Shown here one piece after another: positions 33,431-41,518 of a stretch of DNA of 42,649 nucleotides (the first letter of the stretch is position 1; the number at the start of each line of letters is the position of its first letter). The position numbers and the translations under genes are program-made. The DNA comes from Spirochaetota bacterium (lineage in GTDB: Bacteria; Spirochaetota; UBA4802; UBA5550), in the NCBI GenBank assembly GCA_012730035.1, contig JAAYBQ010000044.1, positions 1-42,649 on the forward strand, read 5' to 3'. Below the pieces are notes generated by a model. The model saw only the letters and a list, made by a program, of their open reading frames with translations, had not been told where the DNA came from and searched no databases.

Positions 33431-34702
33431 TTATCGCGGTGACTGGTCTTTTTTTGCTGCTCTTTTTTTATTTTTATCGGTTGCGGAACCGCTTTTTACA
33501 GGCTGATCAGCAGGTTTAACCGGTTCATCAGCCTGTTTTTGAGCCTCTTCAGCAGCTTTTTTTGCCTCATCTGCAGCCTTTTTTGCCTCTTCAGCAGCCT
33601 GCTGCCTGTTTAATTCCTCAAGGAGTTCAGATCGTTTAAGTTCGAACCCGATCTTGATAAAATCGGGGTAAAAAACTACTTTAAGAGGATTTGCATCACT
33701 GGAGTATTTTTTAAGTATGGTAATAATAAGGTTAAGCCCCAGCCCCGCACCCTCGGTGTTTTCATCCTCGTCGTTAAAGAAATTGTCATTGCTGAGTCGG
33801 CCAGGCGCGACTTTTTTAAGTATCTGCTCTTTTTCGATCAGGGTAATATTCTGCGTATTGGTTACCCAGATTTCGATTAACTCCATTGTTGACTGGAATG
33901 TTATTGTGTAGAAGCGGTTGTCCTTTTTGGCCAGTTCAAAGAAATTGCTGTTTCCGTTCTCTTCGATTTCTTCCTTGAATTTTTCAAGGAACTCATCGTA
34001 ATTTATTTCAGGGCTCACGTTCAGTGCCGGGGCCATGTATTTCTGGAAGAGTATTTTGTAATTTGCCTTGCTGGCGTTTATGCCGAGCTCCTTGAAACAG
34101 AAGAAGAGTTCACCGGCAAACGCCTGCAGGTTCTGCCTGGTCAGGAGCAGTTCTATGAGCTTGCGCACCAGTTCTGCTGAATCCCTCTCAAGGTCGTATA
34201 TGCGCATTGTTACGCGCCAATCAAGGTCCCTGATCCCCATGCCGCTGCATATTTCGGCTATATTCTGTATAATGTCCTTGACGTTAATGTCGCCCCGCAG
34301 GTCGATCATCTTGATTTTATTAAGATAATTGATTTCGCGTTCATAGAATGGATCAAGGAAGAACTGTTTAAGGTCGCGGTCGTAAATCCACTTGTTCTGT
34401 ATAAGCAACCTTATGAACTCGTCGCGTCCCCAGATGGCAAGGTCCCTGTTGTAGAAACGTTTTCCTTCGTACTGCAGGAGTATGGAAAAGAGTTTAACTA
34501 TATCCTCATCATCTTTAAAAGAGCGCATCAGGGTATCTGCCGCTGTCTGGCGTGGAATAGGCGTGCTCTGGCTGAAGCCCGATTCACGGTAGAGGCTGAA
34601 GTTTCCCATGTATCGTTCTCCCAGGTAATTGACCTGCTGTGTGTTTAGCGAGTTTACCAGTATCTGGTTGAACAGTTTTCTTATGCGTTTATTCACAATC
34701 AC
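33431..34702 (-). CDS. GHKL (histidine-kinase-like) ATPase-fold protein with an unknown N-terminal domain and an Ala/Lys/Glu-rich tail
   Basis: N-box-like KELGINASKANY and G2-box-like TEGAGLGLNLIITILKKY. No DHp/H-box was seen. The C-terminus reads QQAAEEAKKAADEAKKAAEEAQKQADEPVKPADQPVK. Confidence 0.65.
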   Translation of the reverse strand: MIVNKRIRKLFNQILVNSLNTQQVNYLGERYMGNFSLYRESGFSQSTPIPRQTAADTLMRSFKDDEDIVKLFSILLQYEGKRFYNRDLAIWGRDEFIRLLIQNKWIYDRDLKQFFLDPFYEREINYLNKIKMIDLRGDINVKDIIQNIAEICSGMGIRDLDWRVTMRIYDLERDSAELVRKLIELLLTRQNLQAFAGELFFCFKELGINASKANYKILFQKYMAPALNVSPEINYDEFLEKFKEEIEENGNSNFFELAKKDNRFYTITFQSTMELIEIWVTNTQNITLIEKEQILKKVAPGRLSNDNFFNDEDENTEGAGLGLNLIITILKKYSSDANPLKVVFYPDFIKIGFELKRSELLEELNRQQAAEEAKKAADEAKKAAEEAQKQADEPVKPADQPVKSGSATDKNKKRAAKKDQSPR

Positions 34703-34961
34703 TCTCCAGTTTTTTACGGATAATATCTGGTTTTGCCATAGTGAGGGATTGCGCCAGCCGGCGCTATATCCGACACTTTGAATTTTTGCATGGATATTTT
34801 AAAGAGCACACCTATGAAATTCGATCAAGCATCTATTTTTAAAAACAGGATTTTTTTATTCCGGCCCCTGAAACAGACAACATGACCGGTTGGTTCTGCT
34901 TTTATTGTCGGCTGAATAACACTGATATAAAACTTTTTTATCCTCCCGCAGCCGGGCAGGG

Positions 34962-36632
34962 TTACTTTTTACTCCCTTTGTTTACGAATTCGAATTCGAC
35001 CCTGCGGTTCAGGGCATCGTCGTATCTGCCGCCATGTATCTGAGGATCTGTTTCACCCAGGGGGATTATTTTTATCCTGGATTCATCTATACCCATGGTT
35101 TTCATGTACCGGACAACTTTTTCGGCGCGAAGCCTGCTTATTTTGTAATTGGCCTTTTTTGATCCCCTGCGGTCAGCATGTCCCTTTATAATGACATCTG
35201 TGCCGGGATTTTTTCTAAGGTATTCTATTATTCCGTGAAGCACGGGTACGTATTCAGTCCTGATTTCTGCTGAGTTGAACGCGAAGTAGACAGGTTTAAG
35301 TTCGGGCAGGGCTGATCCGTCAGAACGCGTAATGCCTGAACCTTCCAGGCCTTTACGGTCAGTTGTTCCGGTGTTCTCTGCTTTGCCGGAATTTTTACCT
35401 GAGGCCGAATCTGTGAGTTTTTCAGCGTAAATCTCTATATCCTGCACCCTGCCCGGCGCGATCCTGACGCGCACGGTTTTACCCTGATGCGTTTTGCCCG
35501 ATGGCCTGACCATGATCCAGCGCTCACCCTCTGCTGTGTTCAGAAGAATCTGCCCCCTGTTGTCGCTTGTGAATAGATCCCACCTGCCGGCCTGGTCTGT
35601 ATCGCCTGACAATGACTGCCTGTAGATCGAAAGTTCGGCTCCGGCTATGGCGCGGCCCCCGCTCCCGTCTTTTACGGTGATCCTGATCCCGGTTTGCAGG
35701 TTCACCGCTGCCTTCTCTTTGCCCCCGGCGCTCACTGCCCGGCCCGAAATGTATATGTCATAGCCTCCAAATCCGCCTGTCCTGTTGGAACAGAAGATCT
35801 TAAGCGCGGCTGTATCATTAAAGTATAGATCGTCAAAACGTGAATTTACAGCAGCCCCGGCGTTTACCGGGTCAGAGAATCCCTTTTCGTTAAATGTGGT
35901 GTAGTATATATCCCATCCCCCGAACCCCCCGCCCCGCCTTGATGCGAAAGAATAGACCCCGGCCCTGGTGTATGAGGGGATGAACGATAGCTCGTAGCTG
36001 CCTGAATTTATGGTTTCGGGGAGTGCCTTTATCCCCGTGAATTTACCGCTGTCCCATTCTGCCATGTATAATACCGACTTTGATATGTTCCGGTAGGGGA
36101 ACCTGGTAAAAAAGATGGTTCGGCCGTCCGCGCTCAGTGAGGGGGAGCGTTCATTCATGTTTGTGTTGACTTCACCCGGGAGCAGCTCGGGGATTGTCCA
36201 CTGCCCGTTCACCTTGCGGGATATGTATATGTCGTATGTTATGCGTTTGTTGTTGTCAGCGGTTGCAGAGGGGCTGTAGCCTCCGGGCCTGTCGGATGAA
36301 AACAAAAGTATCTGGCCGTCTGCCGATATGAAGGGTGTTTCATCGTTCGATTCAGAGCTGACTTCAAGTATGGGGCAGGGTTCAGTCCACACGCCCCCTT
36401 CGTTGGTGCAGGTGTAGATTTTATGCGTGCTCTCTTCTTCGCTGCGTGAGCTGAAAACAACGGTTTTTCCATCGGCGGTGCAGGATGGGGAATAATCATC
36501 TCCGGCTGTGTTGATCAGCAGTCCGGGATTGTTGAATGCCGCCGACTCTCCGTAGGTCAGGTATGTTGCTGTGAGAATGAAGAGTATGGCAGCCCCTGCT
36601 GCAGTCGTTTTTATCCATCTGGAGTTGTGCAT
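34962..36632 (-). CDS. OmpA-family peptidoglycan-binding protein with TolB-like (PD40/WD40-like) beta-propeller repeats
   Basis: Signal peptide (AAGAAILFILTATYLTYG). Repeated motifs are DDYSPSCTADGKTVVFSS, NDETPFISADGQILLFSSDR and NERSPSLSADGRTIFFT. The C-terminal OmpA domain reads FAFNSAEI...IKGHADRRGSKKANYKISRLRAEKV. The ATG at 36632 has GGGGA 8 nt upstream; the track GTG start at 36656 is the alternative. Confidence 0.85.
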   Translation of the reverse strand: MHNSRWIKTTAAGAAILFILTATYLTYGESAAFNNPGLLINTAGDDYSPSCTADGKTVVFSSRSEEESTHKIYTCTNEGGVWTEPCPILEVSSESNDETPFISADGQILLFSSDRPGGYSPSATADNNKRITYDIYISRKVNGQWTIPELLPGEVNTNMNERSPSLSADGRTIFFTRFPYRNISKSVLYMAEWDSGKFTGIKALPETINSGSYELSFIPSYTRAGVYSFASRRGGGFGGWDIYYTTFNEKGFSDPVNAGAAVNSRFDDLYFNDTAALKIFCSNRTGGFGGYDIYISGRAVSAGGKEKAAVNLQTGIRITVKDGSGGRAIAGAELSIYRQSLSGDTDQAGRWDLFTSDNRGQILLNTAEGERWIMVRPSGKTHQGKTVRVRIAPGRVQDIEIYAEKLTDSASGKNSGKAENTGTTDRKGLEGSGITRSDGSALPELKPVYFAFNSAEIRTEYVPVLHGIIEYLRKNPGTDVIIKGHADRRGSKKANYKISRLRAEKVVRYMKTMGIDESRIKIIPLGETDPQIHGGRYDDALNRRVEFEFVNKGSKK

Positions 36633-37030
36633 GTTGATCTTCCCCTTTTGATTCACGGTTCCCTGTATGCCGCGTTTTATAAATCAGCCGGTAACCCGGA
36701 TCATTGATGTAAATATAACAGAAAATACTGTAAAAGTGAGTAATAACAGCCTGTTTTATTTATCGGGAGGTTTTTAATATAATTTCAGTCTTTAAAACCT
36801 GTTTGCATGTAAACCTGCGGGTTGTTAATAAACATTCTTGTAAAGATGCCTTTGGGACTTTTACCGGAACAGCTGATACAAAAAAGTGGAGGGTGAATTT
36901 ATAATGATATATTTTGAACTTATATGACGATAATTAAACAGACTTGCCTGAAAACCGGCTGCAGGGCTCCTGATTGCTGCCGTAAGCCGGTATATTTAAA
37001 GCAGGCCCAATGTTCACCCGGAGGACTGAT

Positions 37031-37843
37031 ATGAATATCAGGAAACATGTTATTTTTTTCATAATAGCGATTACTGCCATAGGCGGATCACTCCTTGCAA
37101 GGGAAAGCTATGAGGATTATATTGACCAGAGAAACAAGAAGAACTACAACGATGACTACAGTATCAGCAGGGATAAACCGCTGTCAGAGATAAAACCTGA
37201 GGACAGGGAGGATGTCCTTGACGAGATAAGGGGAGCTGTCCGCGAGGAGATCGATTCAAGCCTTAAGGATGACAGGGAGAATGACAAAAAGCGCGTCATA
37301 GAGAACGACTTTGTTGAACAGGTGCGCGGCATAGTCCGCGAGGAGATCGAGGACGCCATCAAGATAAAGAAGAGCAGGTACCTTAAGCCGGGAACATTCG
37401 AGCTGGGCGGGTACATATCGTACCAGGCCAGGGGTGTGGATTCGGATGAAAACGACAACAACAACATACTCAAGGTATTCCCGCAGTTTGCCTATTTTAT
37501 TAACGAGAATATTGCACTGGCCATTAAGGGTGAGGCTGAATTCAACATTACAGCTGACACGCAGGCCTATTCCGGAGGAATAGGGCCGCAGTACGTATTC
37601 GGAGTTACCAAAAAGGAGGATATCTGCTTCTACACCGAGATAATGGCCGGAATAAGCAGGAACTCTTCTATTAATGATAACCTGGGCTACAGGTATTCCA
37701 ATGGTTTCGGATTCAAGTTTGTCATGAGCAACGGCGTAATAATAAATGCGGGCGTACAGCTTATATTTGATAATCTTGGCGAGAGCGTTGAAGGTTTTCA
37801 GAACATTATTGTGCCCACAGTGGGTATTACCGCCTGGTTTTAG
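37031..37843 (+). CDS. putative small outer-membrane beta-barrel protein with a charged helical N-terminal region
   Basis: GGAGG lies 6 nt upstream of the ATG at 37031. Signal peptide HVIFFIIAITAIGGSLLA. A duplicated motif is present: IRGAVREEIDSSLKDD and VRGIVREEIEDAIKIKK. The C-terminal ~150 aa has alternating hydrophobic strands and ends ...VGITAWF (aromatic C-terminus typical of OMPs). Confidence 0.6.
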   Translation: MNIRKHVIFFIIAITAIGGSLLARESYEDYIDQRNKKNYNDDYSISRDKPLSEIKPEDREDVLDEIRGAVREEIDSSLKDDRENDKKRVIENDFVEQVRGIVREEIEDAIKIKKSRYLKPGTFELGGYISYQARGVDSDENDNNNILKVFPQFAYFINENIALAIKGEAEFNITADTQAYSGGIGPQYVFGVTKKEDICFYTEIMAGISRNSSINDNLGYRYSNGFGFKFVMSNGVIINAGVQLIFDNLGESVEGFQNIIVPTVGITAWF

Positions 37844-37852
37844 GTAAAAGCC

Positions 37853-38698
37853 TTGTCAGCAGCAGCCTTTACGGCAGAGCAGAGGGTCAGAGCCTCTGAA
37901 CTTGTGCGGTTTATATTCTCCCTTCCGGGGTTTACAGCAGAACCCCCTCTTTTGACTGAACATTCAATAGCAGAATTTTTCAGGGGGCTTGGCGCAAAAT
38001 ATGCCGGCCTCTTCAGTTATAACGGCTGGTTCGAGGGGCTTGACCCCGAATCGACAGACAGGCTGCTTCTGTCTATGCTGCGCAGCGTGGTGGACGAGAA
38101 TGTGCTCGCCGTGTTCAGGGAATTTATTGAAAGTGCCGGTTTAAGCCTGTTTGATGCATTCTCTGCCGGGCCTGCCACGGACCTGTTCAGGCGTGAAAAA
38201 CTCTATTCCCTTGTTGAAGCTATGCTCGCAGATGATACTGCAAGGCGTTGCCTGAACAGCGCGTACTGCGTTATCAGGTACAACATGGCTGAAAGATATC
38301 TTGGTGAAATGCAGAGGATTCACCCCGGTTTATACCGTTCCGTTGCCGCTGCCGGTTCCAGGGAAATGGATCCGGGTGAGGCAGCTGTTTTTTTTAAAAC
38401 TTCGATGATACTTTTAAACAGCAGGTACATGGCCGGCGGGCCTGTGACACTCCCTTCGTTCCCTGACACTGCAGCCCTGTGCCCGCGGGGTGATGCCGGG
38501 AAACTTCCGTGTGCTGCTGATTTTATTGATATACTTGAGCTGCGGTTCAGGAACGCGGGATACTATGAGCAGCCGGACAGGGGATGCGTCAGCGCCGATG
38601 CCAGCTGGTTCGATACGGCGCGCAGGCCGGGCATGGTGCTTCAGGAGAGGCGCCTTGCTGAAATATTTTATAAATCAGCGCTGGAGAGGAACTGGTGA
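37853..38698 (+). CDS. hypothetical protein, 281 aa, no recognisable motif
   Basis: Long ORF (TTG start) beginning 9 nt after the OMP stop. Its stop overlaps the start of the next gene (GTGATG). No TM segment or signal peptide is evident. Confidence 0.55.
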   Translation: MSAAAFTAEQRVRASELVRFIFSLPGFTAEPPLLTEHSIAEFFRGLGAKYAGLFSYNGWFEGLDPESTDRLLLSMLRSVVDENVLAVFREFIESAGLSLFDAFSAGPATDLFRREKLYSLVEAMLADDTARRCLNSAYCVIRYNMAERYLGEMQRIHPGLYRSVAAAGSREMDPGEAAVFFKTSMILLNSRYMAGGPVTLPSFPDTAALCPRGDAGKLPCAADFIDILELRFRNAGYYEQPDRGCVSADASWFDTARRPGMVLQERRLAEIFYKSALERNW

Positions 38699-39558
38699 TG
38701 CAGAGAGAGGACAGGGTAAACATGGCTTTAGTTAACGCTGCGGCTCTGCTGGCTGCGGTAGCGGCGCTCTGTGAACAGCTTTCGGTATTGTTTATCTCTG
38801 TCAGGGCGGTAACGGCATTTATGCTTCTCTCTTTCGTGTTCGACATGCTCTTTACAGCGGTCTTTGCCTCGGATATTGCCTCTGCGGTAAGGAGAAAAAA
38901 GACAAAGTATTTTATGCTTTACGGAGGAGGGCTTGTGGATTTTGCGGCTTCTGTTCCACTGCTGATTTTCTGTTCTGCTCCGTCGGTAATAGTACTGGCC
39001 GCGGGAGGCGGGTCCGCGGCTGCGGGTTTTATGAAGGACGTGGCCGGCTTCTGGGGGATGCTCTCTGTAACCTGTATGCTGCGTGTTTCAAGGATGGCAA
39101 GGCTGGTTAGTCTGCCCGGCCTTGCCGGTACGGGTATGGCCGGAAGGCACTTGAGTACAATCTGCGCAATCATTGCGGCGTCACTGCTTCCCGCGGCGCC
39201 TTTGATTGCCCTTGTTATGCGCAGGGCGGGCGTGGCGCGTGCCGATGCCGTAACCGGTTTTGCAGCGGGGTTTATGCTTTTTATGATTTTTTCGGTGCTC
39301 ATACCGCTCTATTCAAGGCATTTTGTCGGCACGGTCAGTTCGGTGCTGGACGCGCTGGACAGGGGGTTAAGGCGCAGGGAGTTTTACCTTAAGGTCAGGG
39401 CGCGCGAGGAGTTCAGCGATGAGGGTGTGTACAGGCTGGTATCATTTTACAATGAGTCTTATCTTCCGGCTAAGATAAGGCAGAACGTAAAGAGCCCGGA
39501 ACCCGCCGCGTACAGGGTGCCTGAAGATGAGGTGAAAAACTTTATCAGGAGCAGGTAA
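38695..39558 (+). CDS. 6-TM membrane protein with voltage-sensor-like S2-S4 motifs but no pore loop
   Basis: FDMLFTAVFASDIASAVRRKKTKYFMLYGGGLVDFAASVPLLIF resembles the ion-transport-family S2-S3 region. MLRVSRMARLVSL has Arg at every third residue, as in S4. Two more TM helices are joined by only about 12 residues (RRAGVARADAVT). Start is GTG 38695 or ATG 38698. Confidence 0.55.
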   Translation: MMQREDRVNMALVNAAALLAAVAALCEQLSVLFISVRAVTAFMLLSFVFDMLFTAVFASDIASAVRRKKTKYFMLYGGGLVDFAASVPLLIFCSAPSVIVLAAGGGSAAAGFMKDVAGFWGMLSVTCMLRVSRMARLVSLPGLAGTGMAGRHLSTICAIIAASLLPAAPLIALVMRRAGVARADAVTGFAAGFMLFMIFSVLIPLYSRHFVGTVSSVLDALDRGLRRREFYLKVRAREEFSDEGVYRLVSFYNESYLPAKIRQNVKSPEPAAYRVPEDEVKNFIRSR

Positions 39559-39567
39559 ATTTTTTCA

Positions 39568-40521
39568 CTATGAGCTTTTATCTTCGATTATTTTGAGCGA
39601 TGTTCTCTCTTTGTCAGTTGTGCCGGCCGAATTATTGAAAATGATAATGACGTCGGTCCTGGTGTTCTTTTTTATTATAAAATAGTATTCCCATGAAAGC
39701 TTACGGACAAGGTCTATACCCCTGCCTGTTTCTGAAATGTGTTCCATTATATTTTCGCCCGTAAGCGCTGACTTTTCAATGAGCAACTCCTGTTCTATAA
39801 CAGCATTGATACTCTCGAGTATGCGTCCGCTTGTAAGCAGCCCGTTGTAGTCCGTAACTGAAACAGCGTATGAATCGTCGTTCCTGCAGAAAAAAAGGTC
39901 CACGTATTTTCCATCTTCCAGTGTGACAGGCCTGCGTTCCAGCTTTTCGGACGTAAGCCCGTGGGCATGGTAAACCGCGTTTATGATCATCTCGTTAAGT
40001 ATAAGGCTGAAGGCCATTTTACTCTTTATGGAAAATCCCCACTGTTCAATCTGTTCAGTCATCATCTCGATTGCGTCTGTTATCTGCGTGGACCTGGTAA
40101 TCCTTATGCGCTTAAGGTCGCGCATATCCTGCAGGTAGTGCTGGAGCCCGAAAATGTTTTCCTTTGTTATAAGCTTTCTGCTCAGGCCGAGCAGTTCATG
40201 TTGAGGCACGGGCTTGTGCAATACATTACCGATGCCCTTTGTGAATATCATGTTGAAAAAGGAATCGATTTTTTTGTCAGTGATCATGATGGCCGGGATA
40301 AAGGGAAAGTTCTCGCGTATGTACTGGTACAGGTCAAAGGCATTGTCGCCGGGAAGCTCTACCTCTGATACCACCAGGTCATAGTCGTAAGCCTTAAGTT
40401 TTGAGATCGCGTTAAATGCAGAGTCGCAAGTGTCAACAGCGTATCCGCTTGATTTATAGAGATCTGCAAGCTCCTCCCTGTAATGCGAGGGGTCTGCTAT
40501 AAGTATTCTGTACATTACCAT
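39568..40521 (-). CDS. receiver-like domain (acceptor Asp replaced by Glu) fused to an RsbW/SpoIIAB-type GHKL serine-kinase-like domain
   Basis: Receiver motifs are RILIADP, YDLVVSEVELPGDNAF, PAIMITD and VLHKPV. GHKL motifs are N-box LILNEMIINAVYHAHG, VTDYNGLL and ETGRGIDLVRKL. The second ATG at 40515 (MYRILIAD) is an alternative start. Confidence 0.75.
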   Translation of the reverse strand: MVMYRILIADPSHYREELADLYKSSGYAVDTCDSAFNAISKLKAYDYDLVVSEVELPGDNAFDLYQYIRENFPFIPAIMITDKKIDSFFNMIFTKGIGNVLHKPVPQHELLGLSRKLITKENIFGLQHYLQDMRDLKRIRITRSTQITDAIEMMTEQIEQWGFSIKSKMAFSLILNEMIINAVYHAHGLTSEKLERRPVTLEDGKYVDLFFCRNDDSYAVSVTDYNGLLTSGRILESINAVIEQELLIEKSALTGENIMEHISETGRGIDLVRKLSWEYYFIIKKNTRTDVIIIFNNSAGTTDKERTSLKIIEDKSS

Positions 40522-40524
40522 ACC

Positions 40525-40716
40525 TTAAACGTTCAGGTTTATATGTTTATTATACGCGAAGTTTACCCGGCCATAGTAATAAAATTGCCATGCCTGTATG
40601 CAACTTTTTTTTATTAAGAGTGCCGCCCGAACCGTTTTTTTATGGAAAAATAGGGCTGCATGAGTATTAAGGTTGATTAATTGCGCAGAATTACCGATAG
40701 TTAAATTACCTGACAT
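40525..40716 (-). CDS. possible 63-aa ORF immediately upstream of the receiver-kinase gene
   Basis: The ATG at 40716 is preceded by GGAGG with a 5-nt spacer. Its stop TAA is 3 nt before the ATG at 40521. However, it occupies what would otherwise be the divergent promoter region, and it is AT-rich with no motif. Confidence 0.25.
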   Translation of the reverse strand: MSGNLTIGNSAQLINLNTHAALFFHKKTVRAALLIKKSCIQAWQFYYYGRVNFAYNKHINLNV

Positions 40717-40773
40717 GGTCCCCTCCGGGATGTATAACAGGGCAGATTTGATAAGGAATTTTCAGGAGGATAT

Positions 40774-41466
40774 ATGAAGAAGTCTCTATTCGCGGCGGTA
40801 TTATCTTTAGTAATGGTTCCATTTTTTCTTGCGGCACAGGAGAGTAAAAGGGAATCGGTTAATCTTAATGAACTTGGAAAGCTTTATGATAAACAGATAT
40901 ATGAACTGAACCTTGACATCCAGAAACTTATTGCTGACGGGAAATTCATGGAGAACAGGGAGTTCAGGTCGCTCCCGTACCAGTCTGAAATTAATTACGG
41001 ACCCGATTCCAAAAATCCGCAGTATGTGGAACTGAAGAAGCATGTTTATACCAGGGACGGTGAACTGGGAGCCGAAATTATCGGTTATGAAGAGAAGACC
41101 ATGCAGCTTTATACAGATGGTAAAAATTTGAGTAAGCTGGTGACAATAGTCCGCAAAAAGAATTTCAGGACACTTGAAGAGGAGATCGTCACAATAGTCG
41201 ATCCTTCGCCCACGACAGAGGGGACTGATGACATTGTGCTTACACACCAGTATAACAAAAGAATACTTGTTAAGGAGAAGAAGCTTGTTGAGGTGGAGAA
41301 CACGATGGATGGCCCGATCAGGAACAGCATCAAGATACAGTTTATTATTCCCAACCTTGCAATCCTTAACAACATGCTTGTTTTTATCGCAGAGGTAAAT
41401 TCAAAGGATTCAAAGGATGCCGACAGGAAAATGACGGAGTTTCTTAACAAGGCTGCCCTGTACTGA
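40774..41466 (+). CDS. secreted hypothetical protein, 230 aa
   Basis: AGGAGG lies 5 nt upstream of the ATG. Signal peptide MKKSLFAAVLSLVMVPFFLAAQ. A strong terminator follows. Confidence 0.75.
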   Translation: MKKSLFAAVLSLVMVPFFLAAQESKRESVNLNELGKLYDKQIYELNLDIQKLIADGKFMENREFRSLPYQSEINYGPDSKNPQYVELKKHVYTRDGELGAEIIGYEEKTMQLYTDGKNLSKLVTIVRKKNFRTLEEEIVTIVDPSPTTEGTDDIVLTHQYNKRILVKEKKLVEVENTMDGPIRNSIKIQFIIPNLAILNNMLVFIAEVNSKDSKDADRKMTEFLNKAALY

Positions 41467-41490
41467 CAGTAGCCGGCCATGTTGAAGTGT

Positions 41491-41518
41491 AAAAAGCAGT
41501 CCCGCGGGACTGCTTTTT
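41491..41518 (+). terminator. rho-independent terminator (bidirectional shape)
   Basis: AAAAA-GCAGTCC-cgcg-GGACTGC-TTTTT, located 25 nt after the stop of the 40774..41466 gene. Confidence 0.85.

Noticed and set aside
37853-39558. The two-gene block looks GC-richer than its neighbours, suggesting a horizontally acquired island. My hand counts of a few 60-nt lines gave about 55-70 % here versus about 43-45 % in the flanking genes.
   Set aside because: A sampled line in recB was similarly GC-rich (about 67 %), so composition is heterogeneous throughout the window. There are no flanking direct repeats, tRNA or mobility genes. This needs a proper sliding-window and codon-usage computation.
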